Source: Thermodesulfobacteriota bacterium
GTDB lineage: Bacteria > Desulfobacterota > Desulfarculia > JACQYL01
DNA length: 64,000 nucleotides
Direction of reading: 5' to 3'
Assembly: GCA_963675595.2 (NCBI GenBank)
Contig: CAXXLZ010000002.1
Coordinates: forward strand, 608,001 to 672,000
In this document: positions 1-12,093 of the stretch, in pieces
Layout of the letters: the number at the start of each line of letters is the position of its first letter
Position numbering within the stretch: position 1 is the first letter of the stretch
The notes under the pieces: generated by a model
What the model was told of the DNA's origin: nothing
The model's input: only the letters and a program-made list of their open reading frames with translations
The model's database searches: none
Position numbers and translations under genes: made by a program

Positions 1-2
1 GG

Positions 3-1448
3 ATTCCGGTCTACACCTATTTCTCAGAAGAAAACCGGTCCTTGTCTCCCACCTATCTCGATGCCTCGGCCGGCTTCCTCAAGCTGTACACCGGGCTTTT
101 CGGCCCCTATCCTTTCGAGAAATTCGCCGTGGTCGAAAATTTCTTCCCCACGGGGTACGGATTCCCATCCTACACTTTGTTGGGCGGCACCGTGATTCGA
201 CTGCCCTTTATCCCCCAAACCAGCCTTGGTCATGAAATCGCCCACTGTTGGTGGGGCAACGGAGTCCGGGTGGACGCCTCCCGGGGTAACTGGTGCGAGG
301 GCCTCACCACTTACGTGTCGGATTATTTGTATGAAGAAAGGAAATCCGAGGAACAAGGCGCGGAGTATCGCCGCAAGCTGCTTCGAGATTACGCCACCCT
401 GGTTCCTCCGGACCGGGATTTCCCGCTCAGCCGCTTTATGGGGCGGGTGGACCCCGCCACCCGCGCGGTGGGGTACGGCAAGGGAGCCATGGTATTTCAC
501 ATGGCCCGTCGAAGGGTGGGCGAGACGGCCTTTTGGGGGGCGCTGAAAAACGTATTTCGAGAAAGATGCTTTCGCGAGGCATCCTGGTCCGACTTCGCCG
601 CCGCGTTCGGGGCCGCCGGCGGGCGGGACCTTCAGCCCTTCTTCGATCAATGGGTTCGGCGAAAGGGGGCGCCCATGGTGCATCTCGAAGCCGTGCGTGA
701 GCAACCCACGGACGGAGGACGACTCGTGACCGGCCGCCTTCGGCAGGATTCCCCGGCTTACGATCTGGAGGTTCCCTTGCGTCTGACCACGGCTTCCGGC
801 TCGATGGATTTCACCGTGACGCTCGATTCCTCCGAAACCGACTTCTCCGTGAAAACGGATGCTCTTCCCGTGGAGCTGGCCGTGGACCCCGATGCTCAGG
901 TCTTCCGCCGCCTTTACGATGAGGAGATCCCCCCGGTGGTGAACTCAATCCGAGGTTCCGAGTCTCTGGTCGCCGTGTTGTCGGACCACGCCGAACCCTG
1001 GCTCGCACCGGCGGGCCGGTTGTTGTTGGATTCCCTGGACCAGGAGGGGGTTCCCTTGATTCCGGAAAAGGATCTTGGAAAGATGGATTTGGAAGGAAAC
1101 GACCTGATCTTTGTGGGTCGTCCCTCCGGGCTCCCACCGGAACTATCTTGGCCCGAAATCCCCGACCTGCCGGACCCGGCTTCCTTCACCCTCCAAGAAC
1201 GGACCTTCGACAATCCGGGAGATTGCCTGTTCGAGGTGGTGCGACGTCCCGGAACGCGAAACAAGGCCATGGCCCTGTTTCTTCCCCTGTCGCGGGAGGC
1301 CGCGCGTTCTGCGCTCCCCAAGATCAAACACTACGGAAAGTACGGATATCTGGTCTTTCGGAAGGGGATGAACCTCGTCAAAGGAACCCGCATACCAAAG
1401 TCCTCACCACTCATACACCGGTTTCAGACCCGGGAGGACACGCATTGA
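3..1448 (+). CDS. M1-family (gluzincin) aminopeptidase, 5'-truncated by the window edge
   Basis: HEIAHCWWGN...NWCEGLTTY zinc motif (HExxH-x18-E) and YGKGAMVFHM; the frame is open from base 3. Confidence 0.85.
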   Translation: MPVYTYFSEENRSLSPTYLDASAGFLKLYTGLFGPYPFEKFAVVENFFPTGYGFPSYTLLGGTVIRLPFIPQTSLGHEIAHCWWGNGVRVDASRGNWCEGLTTYVSDYLYEERKSEEQGAEYRRKLLRDYATLVPPDRDFPLSRFMGRVDPATRAVGYGKGAMVFHMARRRVGETAFWGALKNVFRERCFREASWSDFAAAFGAAGGRDLQPFFDQWVRRKGAPMVHLEAVREQPTDGGRLVTGRLRQDSPAYDLEVPLRLTTASGSMDFTVTLDSSETDFSVKTDALPVELAVDPDAQVFRRLYDEEIPPVVNSIRGSESLVAVLSDHAEPWLAPAGRLLLDSLDQEGVPLIPEKDLGKMDLEGNDLIFVGRPSGLPPELSWPEIPDLPDPASFTLQERTFDNPGDCLFEVVRRPGTRNKAMALFLPLSREAARSALPKIKHYGKYGYLVFRKGMNLVKGTRIPKSSPLIHRFQTREDTH

Positions 1449-2308
1449 CGAAATCCGGAAAGAACACCCGAACAGCCTGCTTGCTCCTTGCGCTGCTGGT
1501 CTTTTCGACTCCCGCCTGTTGGAAAGGGCCATCGGAAGAGCCCCGTCTCCTGCACACGGCGGATGGTCGGGTCCTCACTCTGAACGAGGCCCTGCCGGAT
1601 ATCGTGAAGGCGAAGATCGTGATCATGGGCGAGCTTCATTCCAGGCAAAGCCATCATGAGGCCCAGCTCCAATTGATCCGGCGACTGAAACAAGAAGGCC
1701 TACCCTTGGCGGTGGGCCTCGAAATGTTCGCCGCGCAACATCAGGATACGTTGGACCGGTGGATAACCGGAAACCTGGACGAGTCGGAATTACGGAAGGT
1801 GTTCGACACGGACTGGGGTTTTCCCTGGAAGCTGTACAGAGAAGTTTTCATGTTCGCCCGTGAGCGGAAGATACCTCTGGTGGCTTTGAACGTACCCCGG
1901 GAAATCACACGCCAAGTGGCTTCCCACGGGTTTGGATCCTTGACGAGTGAGCAACTCGCGCAACTCCCTCCGGTGACCTGCGACGTGGACGAGGCCTATC
2001 GGGAATTTCTTCGCAAGGCTCTGGGGGCCCATGGACACGGTTCCCATGATTTCGAACGGTTTTGTGAGGCGCAACTGCTCTGGGATACCGCCATGGCGGT
2101 TCACGCTTTGGGCTACCTCGCCCGATTCCCCGACCGATCCATGGTGATTCTCGCGGGGGAAGCCCACGCCTGGAAGCCGGGAATTCCCAGAAGAATCGCC
2201 CAACACTCGGATATGCCCGTCCGCGTGATCCTGCCGGAGATTCCGGAAAGACTCACCCCGCAAACAGTGGGCGTGGAAGAAGCGGATTATCTTTGGTTGG
2301 GGCTTTGA
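1445..2308 (+). CDS. ChaN-family (EreA/ChaN-like) lipoprotein
   Basis: TTG start overlaps the upstream TGA; hydrophobic signal ending in PAC; MGELH, GLEMF, AQLLWDTAMA and LAGEAH motifs. Confidence 0.75.
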   Translation: MTKSGKNTRTACLLLALLVFSTPACWKGPSEEPRLLHTADGRVLTLNEALPDIVKAKIVIMGELHSRQSHHEAQLQLIRRLKQEGLPLAVGLEMFAAQHQDTLDRWITGNLDESELRKVFDTDWGFPWKLYREVFMFARERKIPLVALNVPREITRQVASHGFGSLTSEQLAQLPPVTCDVDEAYREFLRKALGAHGHGSHDFERFCEAQLLWDTAMAVHALGYLARFPDRSMVILAGEAHAWKPGIPRRIAQHSDMPVRVILPEIPERLTPQTVGVEEADYLWLGL

Positions 2309-2371
2309 TGTGGGAAGGGAAAAAGCCGGTAATCATTTGTGAAACGGGGAAAAGCGCTTCCTTCAGAGCAG

Positions 2372-3226
2372 TTATGAACTCGCGAACCCCGCCCCGCTTT
2401 GGAATGAAACGGGAGCCCCGATTTGTCCGTCCATGCTGCCGCTGCGGAAGCCTTCCAGGTCCAGGGCGACATAGCGAATCCCCAACCCCTTCAGACCGTC
2501 CACCACCGCGTGACGAACGTCCGGCTGGGTGAGGCTTTCCAGGTGATCCGCCGCCACTTCGATGCGGGCCACTTCTCCGTGAACCCGCACTCTCACTTCG
2601 GGAAACCCCAACGAATCCAGGAGCTCCTCAGCCTGATCCACCGTATCGAGGATTTCGCGCGTCAGGTGCGTTCCGTAGGGAAAGCGGGTGGCCAAGCATG
2701 AAATCGGAGGTTTGTCCCAGGTGGGGAGATTCCATCTCCGGCTCAGGATTCGAATCTCTTCACGCCCGAGTCCGGCGTCGGCCAGGGGCGTCACCACGCC
2801 CAGTTCCTCCACCGCCCGTCTGCCGGGCCGATGAACGTTCAGGTCGTCGGCGTTGGTGCCGTCCATGAAGCACTCGAATCCTTGATCCCGACTAATCTCC
2901 AGCCCTTTGCCGTACACCAGTTTCTTGCATTCGTAACAACGCTGCGGAGGGTTGTTCGCCAGAACGGGAACGGACAGCATATCGAGGAAAACCACAAAGT
3001 GGCGCGCTTCCAGACGCTCCGCCGTTTTCGCGGCGGATCTCCGTTCACGCTGTGGAACAAAAGGAGAAACGACCGTGAAGGCGGCCGCGCGTTCCCCCAG
3101 AACGTCACGAGCCGCAGCCAGCAGAAAACTACTGTCCAGCCCTCCCGAGAAAGCCGCCAGCACACTGCGGCGCTCCCGGAGCAGACCCTTCAGCCGGTCC
3201 AGTTTGTGCTCGACGGGATCGGACAT
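2372..3226 (-). CDS. larE: ATP-dependent sulfur transferase LarE
   Basis: PP-loop AFSGGLDSS, RCYECKK, DGTNADD, RPG, SCLATRFPYG, GFRSGSM. Confidence 0.9.
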   Translation of the reverse strand: MSDPVEHKLDRLKGLLRERRSVLAAFSGGLDSSFLLAAARDVLGERAAAFTVVSPFVPQRERRSAAKTAERLEARHFVVFLDMLSVPVLANNPPQRCYECKKLVYGKGLEISRDQGFECFMDGTNADDLNVHRPGRRAVEELGVVTPLADAGLGREEIRILSRRWNLPTWDKPPISCLATRFPYGTHLTREILDTVDQAEELLDSLGFPEVRVRVHGEVARIEVAADHLESLTQPDVRHAVVDGLKGLGIRYVALDLEGFRSGSMDGQIGAPVSFQSGAGFASS

Positions 3227-3431
3227 ACGCCCCCAAGAAATGGTCGGTGAACGAATTCGTCACGTACAGGCGGGGTGAAAGCCGATACAAGGGGTCCGGC
3301 GGTAAGAGCGTTCCCCTTGGGCCCTGTGAATACGAACCAGTTGCCTACCCCGCGAACGCCTACCGAAGGACCGGCCGTAATCCTTTTTCAAAGCGCCTTC
3401 CCCGGCTTCCGCAAAAGGTGCCGAAGCGGAA

Positions 3432-4037
3432 TCAGTCTTCCCAGCCGATTACTTGGTGTCCTTCCTCGTTCAGCCTGGATATGAGGGGATTGAGGTCCGC
3501 CCGTTTCAAGCGGAAAGAGTGGATTTCCCCGTGTTGCGTATTCAGCGTCACGCCGACGCTGATCACGCGCCCCCCATATTCTCTGATGAACCGAGTTACT
3601 TCTTCGAAGGCTCCGGGTTCACGTTTGAGCACGACGTCCAATCGGGAGCTGGCCTCCAGCACGCCCACGAACTCGATAAAGGACTCGAGCACGTCCGCCA
3701 CCGTGATGATGCCCACCAGTCGGTTGTCGTCCACCACGGGCAAGCCCCCGATCTTGTGGCGATAAAGAAGTATCGCGGCCTTTTCCACACTGTCCGTGGA
3801 AGTTACCGTGATGGGTTCCGAGATCATCACGTCTTCTACGGTGATGGTTTCCACCATCGAAGGAATCAGTACACCCCGCAGGTCGCTTTCCGTCACGAAT
3901 CCCACGAACTCTCCGTCCTCCTCCAGCACGGGCAGATGGCGAATGGAGAATTTCTTCATGAGCTGAATGGCTTCCTGGATGGAACTCTTCCTGGACACGG
4001 AAACCAAATCCCTGGTCATGCGGCGTTCTACCCTCAT
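3432..4037 (-). CDS. CBS-pair + ACT domain protein (AcuB-like)
   Basis: Two CBS repeats (IRHLPV, KIGGLPVV) plus a C-terminal ACT-like segment; ATG at 4037 preceded by GAGGAAG. Confidence 0.85.
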   Translation of the reverse strand: MRVERRMTRDLVSVSRKSSIQEAIQLMKKFSIRHLPVLEEDGEFVGFVTESDLRGVLIPSMVETITVEDVMISEPITVTSTDSVEKAAILLYRHKIGGLPVVDDNRLVGIITVADVLESFIEFVGVLEASSRLDVVLKREPGAFEEVTRFIREYGGRVISVGVTLNTQHGEIHSFRLKRADLNPLISRLNEEGHQVIGWED

Positions 4038-4182
4038 TTCTTCCTCCCGAATTCGAAGTCTATGCCTTTTGCGCCCCAAAGACAAGCCTGGAAGATTTCT
4101 GAGTTCTTGTTACGGCTCTTGACTTTTCCCTTCAAAAAAGCTACGGTTCCGGGAAAATCCAGATTAGCAAATTTTGCTGTGA

Positions 4183-5856
<1,674 letters not shown>

Positions 5857-5859
5857 GCC

Positions 5860-6690
5860 ATGGTTGAAACCGTCGACATAGGACCGATTCGCATAGGAGG
5901 GGGGAACCCCCTCGTTTTCATCATGGGTCCCTGCGTCATCGAAAATGAGGCCTTTGCCCTCAAGGTGGCGGAAAAGATTCGGACGTTGGCGGATGAACTG
6001 AAAATTCCCGTTATATTCAAGGCTTCCTACGACAAGGCCAACCGGACTTCCATCGACTCCTTCAGGGGACCCGGTCTGAAGGAAGGGCTGCGTATTCTGG
6101 GCCGTGTTCGTGAAGAATTCGGGCTGTGCGTCACCTCCGACGTGCACCAGGTGTCCGAGGTGAAGGCCGCCGCGGAAGTACTGGACCTGATCCAGATTCC
6201 CGCTTTCCTCTGCCGTCAGACGGACATCATCCTGGAAGCGGCCCAAACGGGCAAACCCTTGAACGTCAAGAAGGGACAGTTCATGGCTCCCGACGACATG
6301 GCGCATGTGGTCGGGAAAGCCAAGTCCGCGGGCAACCCACGGATCCTGTTGACGGAACGTGGAACCTCCTTCGGTTATCATCGTCTGATCGTGGACCTCA
6401 CGTCCCTTTACCTAATGAGAGAGCTGGGCCAACCCGTGGTTTTCGACGCCACCCACAGCGTGCAGATGCCCGGGGCCGGCGACGGCTGCACGGTGGGACG
6501 AAGAGACTTCATACCCGTGATCGCGCGAGGCGCCGTTGCCGCGGGCGTGGACGGGCTGTTCTTCGAAGTCCACCCCAAGCCCGAACGAGCCCTCTGCGAC
6601 GGCGCCAACTCTTTGGCGCTGGACCATGTGGGCGCACTCCTCCGTTCTCTCCTCGACATCCATGAGGCGGCTCATGTCCGGGACAACTGA
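5860..6690 (+). CDS. kdsA: KDO 8-phosphate synthase
   Basis: GPCVIE, KASYDKANRTS, QIPAFLCRQT, DATHSVQ. Confidence 0.97.
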   Translation: MVETVDIGPIRIGGGNPLVFIMGPCVIENEAFALKVAEKIRTLADELKIPVIFKASYDKANRTSIDSFRGPGLKEGLRILGRVREEFGLCVTSDVHQVSEVKAAAEVLDLIQIPAFLCRQTDIILEAAQTGKPLNVKKGQFMAPDDMAHVVGKAKSAGNPRILLTERGTSFGYHRLIVDLTSLYLMRELGQPVVFDATHSVQMPGAGDGCTVGRRDFIPVIARGAVAAGVDGLFFEVHPKPERALCDGANSLALDHVGALLRSLLDIHEAAHVRDN

Positions 6691-7207
6691 AGGGAGATTC
6701 TTTCCACCGGAACTCCTGGAACGGGCCGGGGCCGTCGACGGGCTTATCCTGGACGTGGATGGAACCATGACCGACGGAACCATACTCATTGGTCCCGCGG
6801 GAGAAGAATACAAAGCCTTCGACGTCAAGGACGGTCTGGGAATCCGCCTCGCCATGGAAGCGGGCGTGGTGGTAGCCGTCATATCGGGAAGGGCCGCTTC
6901 CTGCGTCTCCCGAAGGGCGGCCGACCTGGGGATCGAGCACGTTTACCAGGGGATCAAAGACAAGACCAAAGTCCTCAAAGACTTGGCCAAGACGACGGGC
7001 ATCCGGCCCAAGCGTTGGGCCTGCGTGGGGGACGATCTTTTAGACCTTCCCTTGATGCATGCGGTGGGTCTGGCGGTGGGCGTGGCGGACTGCGCTCCGG
7101 AACTGATTCCGGAAGTGCATTACAGGACGGGGAGCCCGGGGGGACGCGGCGCGGTGAGAGAAGTGTGCGAGCTCCTGCTGGCGGCCCGGAAAGCGAGGCG
7201 ATTTTGA
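6674..7207 (+). CDS. kdsC: KDO 8-phosphate phosphatase (HAD)
   Basis: DVDGTMTDG, FDVKDGLG, GDDLLD, GGRGAVRE; ATG at 6674 chosen over the ORF-track start. Confidence 0.92.
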   Translation: MSGTTEGRFFPPELLERAGAVDGLILDVDGTMTDGTILIGPAGEEYKAFDVKDGLGIRLAMEAGVVVAVISGRAASCVSRRAADLGIEHVYQGIKDKTKVLKDLAKTTGIRPKRWACVGDDLLDLPLMHAVGLAVGVADCAPELIPEVHYRTGSPGGRGAVREVCELLLAARKARRF

Positions 7208-7234
7208 CTATCAAAAATCGGGCCGAAAAACTGC

Positions 7235-7264
7235 TTTACATGCAAAATTTAGCTGTACTATACT
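7235..7264 (+). promoter_or_regulatory. Putative sigma70 promoter for lptC
   Basis: TTTACA-18 bp-TATACT in an AT-rich gap; the -10 ends 9 bp before the ATG and no SD is visible. Confidence 0.4.
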
Positions 7265-7273
7265 GAAAAAACG

Positions 7274-7846
7274 ATGCGCAAAGGGAAGTTATGGCCGGCT
7301 CTTGCCTTGGCGGCTATCACAATGACCGCCGTCGTTTTTATTTTTCTTCGGTCCGATCGTGGTGTTCCCCCGACTCCTCCCATGGCCCCCATGGAAGAAC
7401 CGCAGGATGAGGCGCTGCTCAGCCTGGAAGGGATCGACTACGTTCAGAACAAGGATGGCAGGAACGAGTGGCGATTGATCGCGCAAGATGCCTCTTACAC
7501 GAAATCTCAAGATATTACGGAGTTCAGGCAGGTCCACTTTATTTACTATCTGCCTGATGGGCGCGAAATCCACCTGACGGGCGAAGCCGGCGAAATGAAC
7601 CTCCAGGATCGCTCCGTTGAGGTTCACGGAGACGTGAAGGTGGAAGTACCCGGCCGACTGACCCTGGAGACCGACCAGATCACTTACCGCGATGACTCCA
7701 AGGAGTTCCGATCTCCCGGCGAGGTTCGTCTCCAAACAAGGCTTCATCGCATTCGAGGCACCGGACTGAGGGCTTCCGTGGCCGAACGGAAACTGGTAAT
7801 CGAAAACAACGTAACGACCGAACTGTACGTTTCTGATCTCGAGTGA
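7274..7846 (+). CDS. lptC: LPS export protein LptC
   Basis: N-terminal TM anchor, beta-jellyroll-like sequence, position in kdsC-lptC-lptA-lptB. Confidence 0.85.
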   Translation: MRKGKLWPALALAAITMTAVVFIFLRSDRGVPPTPPMAPMEEPQDEALLSLEGIDYVQNKDGRNEWRLIAQDASYTKSQDITEFRQVHFIYYLPDGREIHLTGEAGEMNLQDRSVEVHGDVKVEVPGRLTLETDQITYRDDSKEFRSPGEVRLQTRLHRIRGTGLRASVAERKLVIENNVTTELYVSDLE

Positions 7847-8400
7847 CGCTTATGAGAGAACCGGGCCCCTACTTCCACACGGGCAAGTCTTGCGGAGTCA
7901 AGAGCATCTTATTCATAACGGCCGTGCTTTGCGGGTGGCTGCTGTCGGCTTTCGCTCAAGGGGCATGGGCGCAGCAACCGACCGGTCCCGTCACCATCAC
8001 GTCCGACCGGCTTGAGCTCGACCATCAAGCTCAAAAGGTCATTTTCAGCGGTAAGGTGCATGCCGTTCAGGACGACGTAATCATCGACTGCCGAGAGATG
8101 GAGGTAATCTACGACCCGTCGGCTGTGGAAGGGGAGTTCGGGCCCGAGAGTATTCGGGAGATCCTGGCCAAGGGCGGCGTGGTCATCTCCCAAGGCGCGC
8201 GTCGCGTTACCGGTGACAAAGCCAGATATCTCAATGGAGAGCGAAAGATCGTGGTAACGGGGGACGCGGTGTTCAAGGAAGGACCTCAGAACGTACAAGG
8301 CGCAAGAATCATTTTTTTCCTCGACACGAAACGTTTCGTGGTGGAAGGAAGCGACACCAGGCCGGTGAAGGCCGTGCTGTTTCCCGAGCGCTCGCGGTAA
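7843..8400 (+). CDS. lptA: LPS transport periplasmic protein LptA
   Basis: Signal peptide, ITSDRL, FSGKVHAVQ, AKGGVVISQ; synteny; start uncertain. Confidence 0.85.
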   Translation: MTLMREPGPYFHTGKSCGVKSILFITAVLCGWLLSAFAQGAWAQQPTGPVTITSDRLELDHQAQKVIFSGKVHAVQDDVIIDCREMEVIYDPSAVEGEFGPESIREILAKGGVVISQGARRVTGDKARYLNGERKIVVTGDAVFKEGPQNVQGARIIFFLDTKRFVVEGSDTRPVKAVLFPERSR

Positions 8401-8406
8401 TCTTTC

Positions 8407-9129
8407 TTGGCTCAACTCGTCACCCAGGACTTGGTAAAATCATACCGCCGGCGAGTCGTGGTGGACAAGGCGGCGCTCGTCCTGAAAAGCGGTGAGATCG
8501 TGGGCTTATTGGGTCCCAACGGGGCCGGAAAGACCACCACTTTTTACATGATCGTGGGTCTGATCCACCCCGATTCGGGCTCGGTCTTTCTGAACGACGA
8601 TGAAATCACGCATTGGCCCATGTACCGCAGAGCACGGTTGGGAATCAGCTATCTCCCCCAGGAGCCGTCGGTGTTCCGGAAAATGACGGTGGAGGAGAAC
8701 CTTTCGGCTATCCTGGAAACCATGCAGCTGTCGCGTGAGGCGCGGGAAGAACGTCTCCGGGAGCTGCTGAACGATCTCGGCATCGCATACTTGGCGGAAA
8801 ACAAGGCCTCGTCCCTGTCCGGGGGGGAGCGTCGCAGAGTCGAAATCGCGCGAGCCCTGGTCACGTCGCCGTCGTTCATTCTGTTGGATGAACCGTTCGC
8901 GGGTATTGACCCGTTGGCCATCGCGGACATACAAAATATCGTAATGGAACTTAGGCACAGAGGAATCGGAGTGCTGATTTCCGACCACAACGTACGTGAG
9001 ACCTTGAACGTTTGCGATCGCGCCTATATTCTAAATCAGGGGCAGGTTCTGGAAGAGGGTCCCCCCGAAAAGATCGCCGTCAGCGAAAAGGCTCGTAAGA
9101 TTTACCTGGGTGAGAGGTTCAAGCTCTAA
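8407..9129 (+). CDS. lptB: LPS export ABC ATPase LptB
   Basis: GPNGAGKTT, YLPQEPSVFR, LSGGERRR, DEPFAGIDP. Confidence 0.97.
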   Translation: MAQLVTQDLVKSYRRRVVVDKAALVLKSGEIVGLLGPNGAGKTTTFYMIVGLIHPDSGSVFLNDDEITHWPMYRRARLGISYLPQEPSVFRKMTVEENLSAILETMQLSREAREERLRELLNDLGIAYLAENKASSLSGGERRRVEIARALVTSPSFILLDEPFAGIDPLAIADIQNIVMELRHRGIGVLISDHNVRETLNVCDRAYILNQGQVLEEGPPEKIAVSEKARKIYLGERFKL

Positions 9130-10652
9130 TGGCAATGGAACTGAAGCAAAGCCTGAGATTGTCGCAGCAACTGATCATGACGCCTCAGTTGCAGCAGACG
9201 ATCAAGCTTCTCCAGCTCTCACGCCTCGAGCTGATCGACACGATTCATGAGGAATTGGAAACCAATCCGTTGCTCGACGAGTCCGGACCGGAAATGGACG
9301 CCGGTTCCGAGGACGGTTCGAAACAACCCTCGGAGGACCAGCCGGCAGGCGACCTCACCCAGGCCATGGAATCCCCTTTCCTGCCGGAGTCTCCGCCCGG
9401 GATGGACACTCCGGACCAACACGAACAGCAGACCGGCGAGAGTTTCGACTGGGAAGCCTACAATGATTCCTTCTCTCATAAGGCTCCCTATGAGTTTGAA
9501 GCGTCCGAGGCCCCGTCGTTCGAGAACTTTCTGTCCAAAGAGGAGGACCTTTCCGATCATCTGCTCTGGCAGTTGCGCCTCTCCGACGTATCCGACGACC
9601 AGATGCTCATCGGGGCCGAGATCATCGGGAACCTGAACGAAGACGGCTACCTCATCGCTTCGGTGGAGGAAATCGCGGCCGCGGTGGGACAGCCCGTGGA
9701 GGAAGTGGAAAGGGTTCTCGAAGTGATCCAGGAATTCGATCCACCCGGGGTGGCGGCCAGAAATGTCAGGGAATGTCTCCTGAACCAAATGCGTATTCTG
9801 GAAATCCACAACCCCATCGCCGAGAAGGCCGTAGCGGAACATCTGGACTTGCTGGAAAACAAGAATTATGCCCTATTGAGCAAGAAGCTTCACTGCTCGT
9901 TGGACGACATTCACAGTGCACTGGGGGTCATTACCCACCTTGAACCCAGGCCGGGACGCTTGTACCAGACGGAACCTCCTCGCTACATCACTCCCGACAT
10001 CTACATTCACAAAGTGGAAGACGGATTCGTGATCACGCAAAACGAGGACGGCCTTCCCAAACTCAAAGTGAACAGCCTGTATCGGGAAGCGCTCAGCGGC
10101 TCCCAAGCGGTGGGGCCTGACGCCAAGCAATACATCCAGGAAAAGCTCCGATCCGCCATGTGGCTCATCAAGAGCATCCACCAGAGACAACGAACCATCT
10201 ACAAGGTGGCGGAGAGCATCCTGAAATTCCAGAGGGAATTTTTCGAGCACGGAATCGAACACCTCAGGCCGCTCATTCTCAAAGACGTGGCTGAGGATAT
10301 CAGTATGCACGAATCCACCATCAGCCGAGTTACCTCGAACAAATATGCGCACACTCCCCAAGGCATTTATAATTTGAAGTTCTTCTTCAACAGCGCCATC
10401 GGTCGCTCGGACGGGGACTCCATGGCCTCCGAAAGCGTCAAGGCCAAGATTCGCCAAGTCATCCAAGGAGAAGATCCGGGAAAGCCTTTCAGCGACAATA
10501 GAATCGTGGAGCTGCTTGAAAAGGAAGGGATCAACATCGCCAGACGCACCGTGGCCAAATATCGGGAAGCCATGGGTATCCTGCCGTCAAGCAAGAGAAA
10601 GGATCCCTTCGCAAAAACCGGCAAGGAATCCGGCAAGAAAAGAACTGCGTAA
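9129..10652 (+). CDS. rpoN: RNA polymerase sigma-54
   Basis: MTPQLQQTIKLLQL, HESTISR, RpoN box ARRTVAKYRE. Confidence 0.98.
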   Translation: MAMELKQSLRLSQQLIMTPQLQQTIKLLQLSRLELIDTIHEELETNPLLDESGPEMDAGSEDGSKQPSEDQPAGDLTQAMESPFLPESPPGMDTPDQHEQQTGESFDWEAYNDSFSHKAPYEFEASEAPSFENFLSKEEDLSDHLLWQLRLSDVSDDQMLIGAEIIGNLNEDGYLIASVEEIAAAVGQPVEEVERVLEVIQEFDPPGVAARNVRECLLNQMRILEIHNPIAEKAVAEHLDLLENKNYALLSKKLHCSLDDIHSALGVITHLEPRPGRLYQTEPPRYITPDIYIHKVEDGFVITQNEDGLPKLKVNSLYREALSGSQAVGPDAKQYIQEKLRSAMWLIKSIHQRQRTIYKVAESILKFQREFFEHGIEHLRPLILKDVAEDISMHESTISRVTSNKYAHTPQGIYNLKFFFNSAIGRSDGDSMASESVKAKIRQVIQGEDPGKPFSDNRIVELLEKEGINIARRTVAKYREAMGILPSSKRKDPFAKTGKESGKKRTA

Positions 10653-10744
10653 TTATCTTTCCGGGGATTCGTCATAAGGAGATCGAGCCTCCCCATTGCC
10701 GGAGTTTTCCATTACAATTTCAGTTCTTGAAGGAGGAAGTCCAA

Positions 10745-11281
10745 ATGCAGGTGAATGTCACCTTCAGGCATGTCGAACCTTCGGATGCCATCAAGCAATA
10801 TGCCGTTGACCGTCTGAATCGACTGGATAAGTTCATCGATACGGCGGGTGAAGCTCACGTGGTGTTGAGCGTTGAGAAGTTCAGGCACATGGCCGATGTT
10901 ACGATCAGCTTCAACGGATACAACATCAAAGGAGCTGAAGAAACGGGCGACCTTTACTCGGCCATCGACATGGTCATGGACAAGCTGGAACGACAGGTCA
11001 AGAAATATCGAGGCAAGATCAAGAAGAGAAAAACGGGACACAAGGAAGAATCGATCCGTTACACGATGGACGTCATCTCCACCGAAGGGGAGGAAGAGGA
11101 CAGCCTCAAAATCGTCGAAACCCAGAACGAATCCGCCAAGCCCATGGACGTGGAAGAAGCCGTCATGCAGTTGGACCTGACCGGTTTGGATTTCCTGGTG
11201 TTCAAGAATTCCACCACCCAACAAATTAATGTGATCTATCGGCGCAAGGACGGGCACTTCGGTCTGATTCAGCCCGAGTAA
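10745..11281 (+). CDS. hpf: Ribosome hibernation factor (long HPF/RaiA)
   Basis: VTFRH, DLYSAID, KLERQ, KPMDVEEAVMQ, YRRKDG. Confidence 0.95.
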   Translation: MQVNVTFRHVEPSDAIKQYAVDRLNRLDKFIDTAGEAHVVLSVEKFRHMADVTISFNGYNIKGAEETGDLYSAIDMVMDKLERQVKKYRGKIKKRKTGHKEESIRYTMDVISTEGEEEDSLKIVETQNESAKPMDVEEAVMQLDLTGLDFLVFKNSTTQQINVIYRRKDGHFGLIQPE

Positions 11282-11561
11282 GCCGAACACTGAGCCTTTC
11301 GCCCGGTCTGGGAGGGATTCCGGAGCCGCGGCAAGCCGGCGTCGGCGACATGAGCCGCCGGCGGCCCCGACTCTCCGCAATTACGCGTGGTGATCCCGGT
11401 GCCGTGCCGCCCGACGAACCGAGGACGCCATGGGGAGTTGCTTTCCGGCACCGTGGCCGGGATTCGGTGTGTGAACCCAGCGCGTGGCTCGTGCAGGGTT
11501 CTCTCGTGATCCTGAGGGTCCCGACCCGGGTTTCCGGAAAACCCTCCCAAAGGATGTTTCC

Positions 11562-12023
11562 ATGAAGTTGACCGACCTGCTGAAAGAAGAAAATATCATC
11601 GCGGACATCACTTCCCGCGACAAGAGCGGCGTCCTGCACGAACTGGTGAAGGGCTTCGCGGAGCAGACCGAAGACCTCGGTGAGGAAGAGTTTTTCGAGG
11701 TGCTCTCCGAACGAGAAAAACTCGGGAGTACCGGTATCGGCAACGGAGTCGCCATCCCTCACGGAAAACTGAAGCATTTGAGCAGGCATCTCATTTCATT
11801 CGGGCGAAGCCGCGACGGGATCGAATTCGACAGTATCGACGGGAAACCGGCCAGCCTGTTTTTTGTCCTTGTGGCTCCGGAGAATTCCTCCGGAGAACAC
11901 CTGAAGATACTTGCAAAGATATCGAAGATGCTGAAGAACAAGGACTTTCGTTCGAGACTTATCAAGGCCGAAGACCGCGAAGAAATTCACCGAGTGATCT
12001 CGGACTTCGATCAGGAATTCTGA
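11562..12023 (+). CDS. ptsN: PTS IIA(Ntr)-like protein
   Basis: REKLGSTGIGNGVAIPHG; follows rpoN-hpf. Confidence 0.93.
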   Translation: MKLTDLLKEENIIADITSRDKSGVLHELVKGFAEQTEDLGEEEFFEVLSEREKLGSTGIGNGVAIPHGKLKHLSRHLISFGRSRDGIEFDSIDGKPASLFFVLVAPENSSGEHLKILAKISKMLKNKDFRSRLIKAEDREEIHRVISDFDQEF

Positions 12024-12093
12024 AAAATCCGGACCCGAGGGGCACACGGAACGAATTCGCTTCCCCCTCCGAAGGCGAGAAGAACCGATTCCC

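Noticed and set aside
11282-11561. Possible ncRNA in the GC-rich hpf-ptsN gap (likewise 20821-21171 and 33003-33335)
   Set aside because: No recognisable RNA family motif or convincing structure by eye; an Rfam scan would be needed.
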